A stretch of 20,000 nt of DNA from an uncultured virus (IMG/VR IMGVR_UViG_3300032069_000008) (IMGVR_UViG_3300032069_000008); one strand, 5' to 3'; positions 1-12,000 are shown, numbered from the stretch's first letter. Notes: generated by a model from the letters alone, not told the origin. Numbers and translations: made by a program.

Positions 1-1
1 A

Positions 2-514
2 GTACCAAGCACGATGAAAGTGAATTGCCCAGGTCAGGCTCAGTATGTTCTTACAGTTGGTGCAGTCGATTTTGATGGCAAAATTGCTTATTTTTCCTGT
101 AGAGCTGGTACTGTTGATGGGAAACCAAAACCTGATGTTGTCGCACCAGGCGTTAACGTAAGAATGTTCAACGATGAAGGTAATGAAATTGTTGCAAGTG
201 GTACAAGTTTCTCAACACCGCTCACAGTGGGCGTAGCTGCGTTGATAGCTGAAAATCACAAGAATTATTCTGCTTGGCAATTAGAAAATGCAATAAAGAA
301 AGGAGCAGACCGCAAGATACTGCCAACTGCCCAATATGACACAACATACGGATACGGTTTAGTTGATGCTAAAGCGGGATTGGAATCATTGGGAACGGAA
401 ACACCTGCTGTTACACCGACTATTCAAATCTCAAGTGAATATATTATTCTGTTTCTTGTAATAATAGGAATCATACTGTTTTTGTATCCAACCCTTAAAA
501 AGATGAAAAAGTGA
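2..514 (+). CDS. S8 subtilisin-like serine peptidase, C-terminal part (5'-truncated by window edge), with C-terminal membrane anchor
   Basis: The frame is open from position 2. Motifs VLTVGA, KPDVVAPG, catalytic-Ser motif SGTSFSTP and YGYGLVDA are present. A P/T-rich linker is followed by hydrophobic YIILFLVIIGIILFLY and a basic tail KKMKK. Confidence 0.93.
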   Translation, partial: VPSTMKVNCPGQAQYVLTVGAVDFDGKIAYFSCRAGTVDGKPKPDVVAPGVNVRMFNDEGNEIVASGTSFSTPLTVGVAALIAENHKNYSAWQLENAIKKGADRKILPTAQYDTTYGYGLVDAKAGLESLGTETPAVTPTIQISSEYIILFLVIIGIILFLYPTLKKMKK

Positions 515-547
515 TGTATACGCATTTTGCCATAATCCTTATAATAA
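513..547 (+). promoter_or_regulatory. Putative operator (GATGTATAC-N5-TTGCCAT) plus TATA box (TTATAATA) upstream of the 573 gene
   Basis: The TATA-like element at 539-546 lies about 27 nt before ATG573, which fits a leaderless archaeal transcript. This 35-mer is 25/35 identical to 3207-3241. Confidence 0.55.
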
Positions 548-572
548 CTGAAAGCATTTCTTAGTTGATAAT

Positions 573-1046
573 ATGGAAACAATACTAGAAACCAAAAGAC
601 CGTGGATTTTGCTAATCTTTGCCGTAGTGGTAATTAGCGTCATCGGCGCCCTCGCAGGTGTCGCTGGTGTAAACAATCCACTAAGCCCCGTTACAATGGG
701 ACCATCTCTGATAACGCCAAATGTACCAGCAACCCCCAGTGCAGTGCCTGGAACTTATGTACTAAATGGTGCAGCAGTTCTGAGCCTAGCCCTATGGGCC
801 ATAATAGCCTATGGTGTCGCTAAGGGACAAACGTGGACATGGTGGTTATTAGCGTTCCAGTCAATTCTGGCGCTAGTTAATGCCGTGTTCGGCTTTTTGA
901 CAGCACAGCCATTATCGCTAGTAGCGGTAATTGTCTATGTAGTACTGTTCGCTGCACTGTTCAAAAAGGAAACCATCGAAGCTTTCCAACCAAACCTAAA
1001 GATAATACCGGCATTAAGAAAAGGCGGAGAAGAATATCTCTGGTAA
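573..1046 (+). CDS. Small integral membrane protein (about 4 TM helices), function unknown
   Basis: 157-aa ORF with four long hydrophobic stretches and a P-rich loop. Confidence 0.8.
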   Translation: METILETKRPWILLIFAVVVISVIGALAGVAGVNNPLSPVTMGPSLITPNVPATPSAVPGTYVLNGAAVLSLALWAIIAYGVAKGQTWTWWLLAFQSILALVNAVFGFLTAQPLSLVAVIVYVVLFAALFKKETIEAFQPNLKIIPALRKGGEEYLW

Positions 1047-1067
1047 TAGGGCGAAAACTAAAGTCTG

Positions 1068-1082
1068 GGGGCGTATCGCCCC
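1068..1082 (+). terminator. GC-rich hairpin GGGGCG-TAT-CGCCCC followed by T-rich sequence; possible terminator or processing site
   Basis: Perfect 6-bp inverted repeat in the intergenic gap 1047-1137. Confidence 0.4.
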
Positions 1083-1137
1083 AATTTGCTTTATTTGGTG
1101 TCCTAAATTGAGATTTCATATTAAAAGGTGAATAATA

Positions 1138-3090
1138 ATGAAGACAATAAAAGTAATAGTAATATTATTGATGCTGGTCTTTTCGTTAGTGCCAACAACC
1201 ATGATTGTCTCTGCTGATGGTGGATACGAACCATTAAATGGTGGACCAAACTACATGGGTTTTACGGAACCAAGTAAGAACGTCACAGTTGGTGCTACTT
1301 TCTACAGTTACATTTATGGTGATATCAGTTCAGAGATAGACACAATAGCTGTAGATAATTTAACTTATCTTCCTGCGGGGATTCTAACTTACAGTTCATT
1401 AAGCCCCACACTGTCTAAGGGAACATTGTTGAATGCCTCGAATGATGAAAACTATACAGTCACTTTTCTACGTCCCACTACTAATGTGTCAAACAGTGCT
1501 GGGTATGCGAATCCTTGGTTATGGGCGTGGCAAACAATAACTGTTAACAATACAAATGCGACAGCATTCAATACACGGTGGGTTGCAGCTAGTTGTGGTA
1601 TTGCAACTTTTACAATAACTGCTGGTGGAACAGCACTTGGTGGCATTGACCCAGGAACAACAAAATATACGCAGACCGTTTATGTTCATCCAGATTCAAC
1701 AGGATTATTTACCGCTACAGCTTATAATACAACACAGATTAATCTTACTTGGAATAAAGGAACAGGCGCAGATAGAACAGTCATACGTTGTAGCACTGTT
1801 TCCAATCCAACAACTCCAACTGGTGGAAGTGGAGTGTATAATGATACTGGAACAACAACACCTCATCCTGGTTTAACTCCAGGCGAACACATATATTATT
1901 CTGCTTGGTCGTGGAATGCAACGGCAAACCTATACAGCATTGCATATCAACAGGATGATGCAACGGCATTAGTTCCAAACAGTCCGCCAACATTTGGTAC
2001 GCCAAGCCCGACAAACAGTTCAACCGGTCAGAATTTAGCATTGACTTGGAGCATACCAATAAACGACCCAGAGGGAGATACATTTGCATACTGGCTAAAT
2101 TGTAGCAACGGTAACAATTTTAGTTCGGTTCTATCATCGAATGGAACAAAGTCCTTATCTTTATCTGGATTATCTTATAACACGACATATATAGTTTGGG
2201 TAAATGCCACGGACTCAGGCGGTAGCGGTCAGTGGACACGCGAATGGTATAATTTTACAACAAAAATTGACACAGCGCCAAATGTACCTACCAATCCATC
2301 ACCAGCGAACGGTGCAACAAATGTTAAACCAGATAAGAAAAAACTTACATGTACTGTTACAGACCCTGATGGAGACAGCATAACCGTACAATTCTATTGG
2401 GCGAATGGTACACTGATTGGAACTGACACAATCGCAAGCGGTGGAACTGCGGAGGTCGCTATACCCACACTTGCTGAAACTACAATATACCGCTGGTATG
2501 TCAATGCGTCGGACGGAATACTGTCAACTTTAGGTCCGGCAGGAGCACCAGCAACCAACTGGTCTTTCATAACTGGAAAAATTACACATGGTGGTACAAG
2601 TCCAAGTCTACTCAATACCCTTTTAGTCACAGCAATGTTCAAAGGTGTTCCTCTTCAAGGCGCTATAATCCTCATATATAAGGGAATTGGCACTCAAGCG
2701 GTTAATATCGTTGCAACAAGTGAAAACGGAATGGCAATTCTACTTGCAGACGGTATATATACCATACATGTAGCAAAGGCAGGCTATCAGGAGCAAACAA
2801 GGACAATAACATTGACGCAGAACATGGCGGTTGTATTCAATCTACAAACACTACAAGTTGTCGACTATCTACTGTTGGGCGGAACCATCCTCCTTCTTGT
2901 GATAGGGCTATACCTGGCATATACGGTCGTTAAAGGAAAAACATATCTAAATACCTCCTCGACACAGTTGATTGCAGTATTGCTTGATGTTGCAGTGATA
3001 GTTATAGGGTTGTACTATTTCTGGCTGATGGCTATCGCGGGAGCCGCTTTGCTTATAGCCGAAATAATCTGGATGAGATGGACAAAATAA
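1138..3090 (+). CDS. Secreted, membrane-anchored scaffoldin-like surface protein: signal peptide, cohesin-like domain, FN3, two Ig/FN3-like spacer repeats, carboxypeptidase-regulatory/PEGA-like domain, 3 C-terminal TM helices
   Basis: SD AGGTGA precedes the ATG, and the signal peptide ends in VSA. The region at about 1249-1690 follows a cohesin-like pattern (VTVGATF...LTYLP..L...GTLL...F...NSAGY...A..G.A.FTI). INLTW...YYSAWSWN marks an FN3 domain, and PLQGA...TSENG...GIYTIHVAKAGY a PEGA-like domain. The C-terminus is hydrophobic. The cohesin call was made by eye. Confidence 0.7.
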   Translation: MKTIKVIVILLMLVFSLVPTTMIVSADGGYEPLNGGPNYMGFTEPSKNVTVGATFYSYIYGDISSEIDTIAVDNLTYLPAGILTYSSLSPTLSKGTLLNASNDENYTVTFLRPTTNVSNSAGYANPWLWAWQTITVNNTNATAFNTRWVAASCGIATFTITAGGTALGGIDPGTTKYTQTVYVHPDSTGLFTATAYNTTQINLTWNKGTGADRTVIRCSTVSNPTTPTGGSGVYNDTGTTTPHPGLTPGEHIYYSAWSWNATANLYSIAYQQDDATALVPNSPPTFGTPSPTNSSTGQNLALTWSIPINDPEGDTFAYWLNCSNGNNFSSVLSSNGTKSLSLSGLSYNTTYIVWVNATDSGGSGQWTREWYNFTTKIDTAPNVPTNPSPANGATNVKPDKKKLTCTVTDPDGDSITVQFYWANGTLIGTDTIASGGTAEVAIPTLAETTIYRWYVNASDGILSTLGPAGAPATNWSFITGKITHGGTSPSLLNTLLVTAMFKGVPLQGAIILIYKGIGTQAVNIVATSENGMAILLADGIYTIHVAKAGYQEQTRTITLTQNMAVVFNLQTLQVVDYLLLGGTILLLVIGLYLAYTVVKGKTYLNTSSTQLIAVLLDVAVIVIGLYYFWLMAIAGAALLIAEIIWMRWTK

Positions 3091-3182
3091 TTAAAGAAAT
3101 CTTTAATCGTTCAAAATTCATTAAAGAATCCCACGATTTTCTTTAGTATGAGATAATCTTCAATCTGATAAATCTATAACTC

Positions 3183-3241
3183 ATACGCTAGTTGTCATAT
3201 CTTTGGGATGTATACCGTACTTGTCATTACCTTTTTAATAA
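3183..3241 (+). promoter_or_regulatory. Two ATAC-N5-TTGTCAT motifs plus TATA-like box upstream of the dockerin-protein operon
   Basis: ATAC-gctag-TTGTCAT (3183-3198) and GATGTATAC-cgtac-TTGTCAT (3207-3227) are followed by TTTTTAATAATAA. The architecture matches 513-547. Confidence 0.55.
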
Positions 3242-3301
3242 TAAATATCATTATATCTTTGAAGGTATCGTTATGAAGTTAAACTTGGAAGGTGTTTAGA
3301 A

Positions 3302-5038
3302 ATGAAAAAAGCTATTTCAATCTTGATAATGACGATTTTAATTATTTCAGGAATTCAACTGTTTTTCCCGATAGCATCTGCGGACGCCACCAATACATGG
3401 GTGGATGATGATGCTTCCCCTGGATGGTATGATGCTACACATGTAAAAACCATAACCGAAGGTATTGCAAATGCATCAGCGGGTGGAACTTCAACAGTTT
3501 ATCCAGGAACCTATACTGCGAGTCTGACGATTCAAAAACAGTTGAGATTGGTTGCCTATAATGCGACAAAACCACAGATTAACGGTAAAATAACTATCAG
3601 TGGAAGTATTAGTGTTCCAGTGCATATTGAAGGATTTTCTATAAATGGTGCATCAAATAATGCTATTGCTATCAGCAGGGCTAATTATGTCAACGTTACA
3701 AAATGCAACTTAACAGCTACAGGAGCTACTGTTGTTTCGATACAAGGCAGATACGGTAATATATCGTACTGTAATATCACTGGAGGAACTTTCGTACCTG
3801 TCAGATTAAGTACAATAAGTAGTTGGACTGAAGGGAATAATGTTTTGTGGTACAATAATATCTCAGGAGCTTCAATAGTTCCTGAATCTGGTGTTAGTAT
3901 AGTTCAATTAAGTACTGAAGTTGGAGGAAACACTGTTGTAGGGAACAGAATCCACGATTCAACAAATGAGACATACAGCTATGGAATATATGTTGACGAT
4001 TCTGGAAACTGGATATATCATAACAACTTCATTAATAATGCACGGCATGCATGGGCTTCTGCTTCAGCCAACTACTGGAACTTATCTTATCCTGGGGGCG
4101 GTAATTACTGGGAAGGGCACGGTACTCAAGATATTTACTTTGGTGCAAATCAAGATTTAGTCGGCTACGACCTTATCTGTGATTTGAACTCGCCTGACCA
4201 ATACAATATTAGTGAGAACAATGTCGACCACTATCCATTCTTAAATCAATTTGACGGCACACTCCCATCGGATATAAATCGTGCTCCTGCTTTTGGAACA
4301 CCGAATCCAGCAAACGGCTCGACAAACCAGTCTTTATCATTTGCATGGCAAATTGGCATTACGGATGCGAACAGCGACACGTTCAACTGGACGATTGAAT
4401 GCAACAACAGCCAATCGAGCGGTGCCAATGGAGAGATAGATGGAACAAAATCTCTTTCATTATCTGACTTGACAAACGATACAACTTATACAATCTGGGT
4501 GAATGCCACAGACGGCATCGATTGGACGAGAGAGTGGTACACATTCAATACAACTCTCAATTATCCACCCAGTCAGCCGACCAACGAGCACCCAGCAAAC
4601 AACTCAGATTACGTTTTGATTAACGCCAAGATGAATGTAAAAGTCATTGACCAAAACAACGATAGCATGAATGTCACATTCTACTGGGGCAACAACTCGC
4701 TAATCAACAGCATCCATGGCGTGGCGAGCAACACCGTAGCCGAGTTCACAATCATCGATTTCATGATGATGAGCCACAACACCGAGTATACCTGGTACGT
4801 TACAGTCGATGACGGCGAAGCAAACATCACAGGTCCCACATGGACATTCCACACCTGCCGTTCCTATGATTTGAACGGAGATGACACAGTGAATTATCTT
4901 GACATCAGTTCATTGGTATCGCATTATGGCGAATCTGTGTCGCCTTCAGGGTCTCAGCCCTGGGACATCAACAATGATGGTGCAACAAACTACCTCGATA
5001 TTAGCGGTTTAGTTTCACATTATGGTGAGAGTTATTAA
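3302..5038 (+). CDS. Secreted NosD/CASH-type right-handed beta-helix protein with two Ig-like repeats and C-terminal dockerin-like module
   Basis: Signal peptide (ASA). The beta-helix/NosD signature is GNWIYHNNF...GGNYW...DHYP. The C-terminus carries [22 protein letters not shown]...[22 protein letters not shown]. Confidence 0.85.
   Translation: MKKAISILIMTILIISGIQLFFPIASADATNTWVDDDASPGWYDATHVKTITEGIANASAGGTSTVYPGTYTASLTIQKQLRLVAYNATKPQINGKITISGSISVPVHIEGFSINGASNNAIAISRANYVNVTKCNLTATGATVVSIQGRYGNISYCNITGGTFVPVRLSTISSWTEGNNVLWYNNISGASIVPESGVSIVQLSTEVGGNTVVGNRIHDSTNETYSYGIYVDDSGNWIYHNNFINNARHAWASASANYWNLSYPGGGNYWEGHGTQDIYFGANQDLVGYDLICDLNSPDQYNISENNVDHYPFLNQFDGTLPSDINRAPAFGTPNPANGSTNQSLSFAWQIGITDANSDTFNWTIECNNSQSSGANGEIDGTKSLSLSDLTNDTTYTIWVNATDGIDWTREWYTFNTTLNYPPSQPTNEHPANNSDYVLINAKMNVKVIDQNNDSMNVTFYWGNNSLINSIHGVASNTVAEFTIIDFMMMSHNTEYTWYVTVDDGEANITGPTWTFHTCRSYDLNGDDTVNYLDISSLVSHYGESVSPSGSQPWDINNDGATNYLDISGLVSHYGESY
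4865..5035 (+). repeat. Dockerin-like module copy 1 (other copies: 8908-9075, 12934-13104, 15224-15391)
   Basis: Duplicated DxNxDGxxNYLD(I/V)SxLVSHYG motif at the C-terminus of four consecutive genes. Confidence 0.88.
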
Positions 5039-5055
5039 AAATCGAGTTGATAAAA

Positions 5056-8000
5056 ATGAAAAAAATAATTTCGATTGTGATAATGTCGCTGTTAATTCTA
5101 TCGGGGCTTCAACTGTTTTCTCAGTATAAATTTTCTGATACTGCTATTGCCCTGAATACAAACATTTCCAGGGGTGGTTCCATATACGGCAACGCACGAA
5201 CATTGGCAAGAACTTCCGACGGAACTTTGTATACTGTTTTTTCAAGAGAAGACACTGGTATAGATATATGGATTACTAATTCAACTGACAACGGAACTAC
5301 TTGGGCTGAAGCAACGCAATTGACTTTTTTTGATGCTCCAGAATATAATCAACAAGCTCCATGTATAGTTGTCGATAGTTTGGATAGGATTTATGTATTT
5401 TGGTCAGGAGCCCCCGATATGACTGATACATATAGGTCAACTGTTAGATATAAGGTTTATGATGGGGGTTGGAGTGAAGCATTCAATTTAACATTAGATG
5501 AAAATAATTATAATTATCAGCCATATGTAGCAATAGACAGTACGGATACTGTGCATGTAGAGTGGCTAAATGATAGCTGGGGTAAAACAAGGTACACATA
5601 TTCTACAGGTATACTGGAAACAGGAGAATTGACATGGAGTACGTTCTATAATGTTTCATCACCAGACGGTAATTACGATGCATATTATTCTTTTGCTATA
5701 AATTCTACAGATGTTGTTCACTTCGTTTTAACAAAAGATTTTGATTATATCGGCTCAGATATAGACTTTTCTTATATTCAATACCGTACTTTTGATGGGA
5801 CAGACTGGTCAGGTTATGTTAATCTGACAGTTCCAGATGATACCGTGACGTATTGTACTTACGCTCCATCGATAGTAATAGATAGTGAAGACAACGTACA
5901 CATCATATGGATAAATTATACTATAGCCGTAGCTGGTCCTGGTTCAATAGAGTATACGATGTTTAATGGTTCTAGTTGGAGTGCTGTTACTACTCTTTAT
6001 TCTGATGAAAAAGACTACGACAAAATTCAAACTACTTCGATGGCATTGTCAAATGATGGGATTGATGAAGCTGTTCATGTTGCTTGGAGAACGGAATTTT
6101 ACAATGATATTGGAGATATACTTGGTCATAATATTACCTACATCAATTATACGAATTCTTGGAATGCACTACTGAATCTATCATATGATGATTACGATGG
6201 TGAAACTTTTTTCTTTAATTTTTTATATGCATCTTATCCGAACATATCGTCCAATCGAACAAATATTCCAGCGACTGGTTATTGTTTTGCTTTTGAAAAT
6301 GGACTAGATGTCGATTTTTTTGCAAGTGATGATTTGTCGTTTTTATCTGGTGTGGGCGGAGAAGACAATCCTCCAGTAATATCAAACATTCAAGCAAATC
6401 CAAATCCACAGCTAAACAATAGCTATGTTAATATCACTTGTACCGTTACTGATGATACAAATCTCAGCACGGTAAAAATCAATATTTCTGGACCCGTTGG
6501 TTTTACGACAACAAACATATCGATGAACCAAGATGGTGGTAACAATTTCTATTATAACGATACGTATATTATCTTGGGAATCTATACTTATTTCATCTGG
6601 GCAAATGATACGACAAATCACACCAAAAAAAGTTCAAGTCATACTTTTAATATAGTAGAAACGCTTTACACATATCTTTATGTTGATGCAGATTACAATT
6701 CAGGAACGCCTGGCTGGGGTGTAACACATTTCAACAAGATTTCGTATGCTGTAGAAAACGCATCGTCTGATTATATCATCTTTGTTAACGGTGATGGCGA
6801 TGTTTACAATGAGAATGTTCTTGTTGAAACGAGTAATATCAAGCTCATCGGAAATTACACAACCTCAAAACCACAAGTAGTCGGTGTTGACGCATATAAA
6901 TCAACAATTACAATCCTGTCTGATTGGGTGAACATCACGGGTTTCAATGTCACCAACCCGTTGCATGCTTTGCATGATTATCACTGCATAGCCATCGGGA
7001 AGCTGGGGGAGGATTATTACAATGTTACAATCAGCGAGTGTGAGGTATGGGATGGAACCTGGGGCATTATGGTAAAGGGAGGATACGACACCATCGAGGA
7101 TTGCAAGATATGGCAATGTAATGAAGGCATTTATATGCAGGGCATACCCTATGCGGACATCCATGATGTAATTAAGGGCAATGATATCTCTGATTGCAAT
7201 CCTGGAATTTATGTATCTTATTCTGAAAAAAGTCAAATCTTTAACAATACAATTCATGATGGACACACAGGCATACAATTTTCAACACTTAGTAACAACA
7301 ACTATGCTTATAGTAATAATATTACAGATAACGACATCGGCATTGAAGTGGGTTGGGGCATTACGGGGAACTGGATTTATCATAACAATTTCGTAGACAA
7401 TAGCCAACATGCAACTATTGTTAATGATGCAATGAACCATTGGAATTTATCTTATCCTGATTGTGGCAACTACTGGTCTGGTCACGGTACATGGGATAAT
7501 TATTCTGGTGTAGACCAAGATATGCCAGGCTCCGATTTGATATGCGATTTGGATTCGAGAGACCCATACATTGTCGGAACAAATAACAGCGACCAGTATC
7601 CGTTCCTGAACCCATTTAACGGCTCACTTCCGCCAGAAGTACCAGCCGTTTTCACTTCAACCTGGGATACGACTTTGACAAGCGATGGTTCAAGCAATGA
7701 CACTTCGATTGCATTGCCATTGGAAGCTACGGGGACGTATAATTTCACAGTTGATTGGGGTGATGGGAATGGCAGTTATATTACTATATGGAACCAAGCC
7801 AATGCCACCCATACATATGCGTCATCTGGGACTTACACATTAAACATTGTTGGGACAATCATTGGTTGGACATTCAACTGGTACGGAGATAGACTAAAAA
7901 TAACAGATATAACTAATTGGGGTCCTTTGAATGTCGGCAACAGTGGTTCTTATTTTACTGGTTGTGCGAACCTGGTCTGCACAGCTACAGATGCTCTTGA

Positions 8001-9078
8001 TTTGACAGGGACGACAACGTTAGCAAGTATGTTTCAGGATGCAACCGTATTTAATGGTGTTATCGGAAGTTGGGATACTGCAAACGTAACGGATATGGGT
8101 AGCATGTTTTCTGGTGCATCTGTTTTCAACCAAGACATTAGTAGTTGGGATACCTCAAGCGTAATTGACATGAATAATATGTTTTATGATGCAACTGCCT
8201 TTAATCAGAGCATCGGAAGTTGGGATACCTCAAGCGTAACGAATATGCAAAATATGTTTGATAGTGCAACTTCATTCAACCAGTATATCGGTTTATGGGA
8301 CACATCAAGTGTAACATCTATGACTAGTATGTTTGCTAGTGCAACTGCATTCAACCAGAATATCAATGCATGGGACACATCAAACGTAACGGATATGCAA
8401 TCTATGTTTGATACCGCAACTTCATTCAACCAACCTCTTAATTCTTGGGATACTGCAAATGTAACAGACATGAGCTACATGTTTGCTGATGCTTCAAGTT
8501 TCGATTATGATATCGGCAGTTGGAACACATCAAGTGTAATATCTATGGCTGGGATGTTTGCTGGAGCAACTGCATTCAATCAGGATATCGGCAGTTGGAA
8601 CACATCAAGTGTAATATCTATGGCTGGGATGTTTTATGATTCAACTGCCTTCAATCAGGACATTGGAAGTTGGGATGTTACACAAGTAACAGACATGACA
8701 GAGATGTTCGACTCGGTGACATTATCAACTGCAAACTACAACAGCCTTCTCATCGGTTGGGGAGCACAAACCGTACAATCAGGTGTCACCTTTAGTGGTG
8801 GCAACTCTAAGTATACCGCATCAAGTCCAGCAAGTGTTGCTAGAGCAGACCTTATTGATAATCATAGTTGGACAATAACTGATGGTGGTAATGTTAGTTA
8901 CCCATCATGGGACATCAACCAGGATGGTGTTGTTAACTATCTTGATATTTCTGCATTGGTCAGCCACTACGGTCAATCGGGAGCACCAGGCTGGATACCA
9001 GAGGACATCAATGATGATGGAAATGTGAATTATTTGGATGTTTCTGCGTTGGTTTCACACTATGGTGAGACTTATTAG
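5056..9078 (+). CDS. Large secreted mosaic surface protein: Asp-box/BNR beta-propeller, Ig-like domain, NosD beta-helix, PKD-like domain, DUF285/BspA-type repeats, dockerin-like module
   Basis: ATG5056 (alternative TTG5047) and a signal peptide. Motifs are Asp-box STDNGTTW, NosD motifs, PKD-like VDWGDG...HTYASSGTY and nine 25-aa FNQxIGSWDTSxVxxMxxMF repeats. Two Dx(N/D)xDGxVNYLD loops close the protein. Confidence 0.88.
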   Translation: MKKIISIVIMSLLILSGLQLFSQYKFSDTAIALNTNISRGGSIYGNARTLARTSDGTLYTVFSREDTGIDIWITNSTDNGTTWAEATQLTFFDAPEYNQQAPCIVVDSLDRIYVFWSGAPDMTDTYRSTVRYKVYDGGWSEAFNLTLDENNYNYQPYVAIDSTDTVHVEWLNDSWGKTRYTYSTGILETGELTWSTFYNVSSPDGNYDAYYSFAINSTDVVHFVLTKDFDYIGSDIDFSYIQYRTFDGTDWSGYVNLTVPDDTVTYCTYAPSIVIDSEDNVHIIWINYTIAVAGPGSIEYTMFNGSSWSAVTTLYSDEKDYDKIQTTSMALSNDGIDEAVHVAWRTEFYNDIGDILGHNITYINYTNSWNALLNLSYDDYDGETFFFNFLYASYPNISSNRTNIPATGYCFAFENGLDVDFFASDDLSFLSGVGGEDNPPVISNIQANPNPQLNNSYVNITCTVTDDTNLSTVKINISGPVGFTTTNISMNQDGGNNFYYNDTYIILGIYTYFIWANDTTNHTKKSSSHTFNIVETLYTYLYVDADYNSGTPGWGVTHFNKISYAVENASSDYIIFVNGDGDVYNENVLVETSNIKLIGNYTTSKPQVVGVDAYKSTITILSDWVNITGFNVTNPLHALHDYHCIAIGKLGEDYYNVTISECEVWDGTWGIMVKGGYDTIEDCKIWQCNEGIYMQGIPYADIHDVIKGNDISDCNPGIYVSYSEKSQIFNNTIHDGHTGIQFSTLSNNNYAYSNNITDNDIGIEVGWGITGNWIYHNNFVDNSQHATIVNDAMNHWNLSYPDCGNYWSGHGTWDNYSGVDQDMPGSDLICDLDSRDPYIVGTNNSDQYPFLNPFNGSLPPEVPAVFTSTWDTTLTSDGSSNDTSIALPLEATGTYNFTVDWGDGNGSYITIWNQANATHTYASSGTYTLNIVGTIIGWTFNWYGDRLKITDITNWGPLNVGNSGSYFTGCANLVCTATDALDLTGTTTLASMFQDATVFNGVIGSWDTANVTDMGSMFSGASVFNQDISSWDTSSVIDMNNMFYDATAFNQSIGSWDTSSVTNMQNMFDSATSFNQYIGLWDTSSVTSMTSMFASATAFNQNINAWDTSNVTDMQSMFDTATSFNQPLNSWDTANVTDMSYMFADASSFDYDIGSWNTSSVISMAGMFAGATAFNQDIGSWNTSSVISMAGMFYDSTAFNQDIGSWDVTQVTDMTEMFDSVTLSTANYNSLLIGWGAQTVQSGVTFSGGNSKYTASSPASVARADLIDNHSWTITDGGNVSYPSWDINQDGVVNYLDISALVSHYGQSGAPGWIPEDINDDGNVNYLDVSALVSHYGETY
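8050..8724 (+). repeat. Nine tandem 75-nt (25-aa) DUF285/BspA-like coding repeats
   Basis: The period is 75 nt. A 51-nt exact duplication lies at 8509-8559 and 8584-8634. Confidence 0.9.
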
Positions 9079-9087
9079 GTGATTAAA

Positions 9088-12000
9088 ATGATGATGAAAA
9101 AAACAATCTCAATAATAATTTCGCTAGTGATGATAACGACAATCATTCAAATCATGCCATCTGTAAAAGCTGACCCAACGCTTCCAACGGTTGCAACTAA
9201 TGATGCTACGGAAGTAGGAACGACTTATGCGACATTACAAGGAACATTGACGGATGATGGTGGAGAAAACAGCATTACTGGTTTTGAATATGGTTTAACG
9301 ACAGAATATGGAACTAAAGTTGCTCTGAGATATGTTTATGCAGGGGGTGCATCGGTACAGACAGTAAATCAGTACTTTAAATCAGATATGTCAAAAGTGG
9401 CAGAGACGGAAGCATATGGTGGAACTATCAGGGCTATTGTAGAGGATGATGACTATGTCTATGCTGGGGGGCAGACAAATGGTAATGTGGTTCAATACTG
9501 GAAATCCAATATGACAATGAAGGCAGAGGCATCCTATGACCCAGTCATCAGTGACATTGCACAGGATGACCTTTATGTTTATGCTGGAGGACAAGCCCAG
9601 AGAGTCTACCAGTACTTGAAGTCGGACATGTCATTTGTAGCACAAACAGATTTGATTGGTGGGGATATAACTGCTATCGCTGTTGATGATACCTATGTCT
9701 ATGCTAGTACTGGAAGCACTGTCTCCCAATACTGGAAATCCAACATGACAAATACTGGTATATCGGCTAATTATGGAAGTGGTGTTCGTAAGATTGTAAG
9801 TGATACGGACTACGTCTATGTCATAGGTGGTGCGATAAACAAAGTGTATCAATACTGGAATTTAAATATGACTAAGAAAGCAGAGGCATCCTATGGAGAT
9901 GTTTATGCCCTTACACAAGACGACACCTATGTTTATGCAGGAGGGGGAACAACCTATAAGGTCTTCCAATACTGGAAATCCAATATGACCAAGAAAGCAG
10001 AAACAATATCCTACGGTGGAGAAATTGAGGCTTTAACACAAGATGACTTATATATTTATGCAGGTGGAGAAACAACAAAGAAGGTACGTCAATATTTGAA
10101 ATCAGACATGTCATTTGTAGCAGAAAGTGTTTCTTATGGAAGCACCATCTATGCTCTTTCAACATCAAATGATACTCATGCAACAGGAGATACATTCTCC
10201 TTTAATGCAACAGGATTAATACGAGGGACACTCTATCATTACTGTGCTTATGCAAATAACAGTATTGGGGAGGCATCGGGTGCAGACAAGACATTTAATA
10301 CAATTGCTGAAAATCTACCGCCTTCTTTTTCTAATGAAAGTCCAGCAGATGCTTCGCTTTTTCAGCCTCTTTCTTTGACATGGAACATTACGATACAGGA
10401 CCTGAATGGTGATACATTCAACTGGTCAATAGAATGTAATAATTCACAAAGCAATTCATCAAATAATGATGTTAACGGTTCTAAACAACTGGATATTTCT
10501 GGACTATCATATTCAACTGAATATACAGTTTGGGTTAATGCAACTGACCTGGGAAGCGGTAATTATACTTCTGCTGTCTATACTTTTACCACTTTTGATG
10601 GATATTACTGGCACGAAGCAACATCCAACGCTAACTGGTCAGCACGTGGTTGTTCTGGTGCTTTAGTTTTCGATAATAAACTATGGGTCTTGGGTGGAGG
10701 TGCTGTAGACGGAATTAAAAATGATGTTTGGAACTCAGAGAACGGTATAAATTGGAATTTAGTTACAGAGCATGCAGGTTGGAGTCCTAGATACCTTTCT
10801 ATTACATTAGTTTACGATGAAAAGATGTGGGTTATTGGTGGAACTAACGGCAGTAATTGGGATAATTGTTCTACAGATGCATGGTATTCTACTGATGGTA
10901 TAAATTGGATTGAAGCGACAAGTGATATTAATACGACATCAAATGCTTTTAATGCAGGAGTTGTTTACGATGGAAAAATGTGGCTTAGTGGTGGAGACTA
11001 TCATAATGCTAATGATAATAGCTATTTGAATGAAGTTTGGTATTCAACAGATGGTGTCAATTGGACTTCAACAGGAGGTGCAGGTTGGGCTGGTAGAGAT
11101 TGCCATACAATGCTTAGTTATGACGGTAAAATGTGGGTAATGGGTGGAATGAAAAACGGATACACTACTGATGGTTACAATGATGTTTGGTGGACTACCG
11201 ACGGTGCAAATTGGACTTTAGCAACAGATAATGCAGGTTGGGCTGGCAGATATGCACATGGAACCCAAGTCTATGATGATAAAATGTGGATTATGGGTGG
11301 TTTCTCTTACGGTACTCTTCGTAACGATGTTTGGTATTCAACTGACGGTGTGAATTGGGTTGAACAAATAGATAATGCAAGCTGGTCAGAGAGATGCTGG
11401 TTATCTTCTTCCGCCGTCGTCTATGATAATCATTTATGGCTTATAACGGGTGATTCAGCCAATGATACTTGGTATTTGGATTATATAATAAATTATCCAC
11501 CAGCTTTTGGAACTCCTTCACCGACAAACGGCTCAACTGGTCAGCCTCCCTCATTGACCTGGAACATCACTATACAAGACATAGATGGCGACACATTCGA
11601 CTGGTCGATAGAGTGCAGTAATTCACAAAGCAACTCATCAAATAATGATGTTAACGGTTCTAAACAATTGGATATTTCTGGTCTTTCGTACTCAACAGAA
11701 TACACTGTTTGGGTGAATGCAACTGATGGGACTAACTGGACAAGAGAATGGTTTACATTTACAACAGAAGCGAATACAATCCCAGTCATATCAAATGAGA
11801 ATCCAACGAACAATTCAATCGACCAACCTCTTGCTTTAACATGGAATTGCACAATCACCGACCCAGATGAATTAATGAATTGGACTATCGAATGCAACAA
11901 CAGTCAGACGGCATCAGGGACATCGGCAACTGGAAGTATACAGGTTGCACTTTCAGGTCTTTCTTATTTAACAACATACACAGTATGGGTAAATATTACA

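Noticed and set aside
3091..3145. AT-rich palindromes (TTAAAGA-AA-TCTTTAA) after the 1138 gene
   Set aside because: Low complexity and weak pairing. It may be a terminator or operator but cannot be supported from the sequence alone.
8050..8724. Regular repeats that could be mistaken for a CRISPR array
   Set aside because: They are in-frame 75-nt coding repeats with degenerate third positions. There are no unique spacers and no cas genes.
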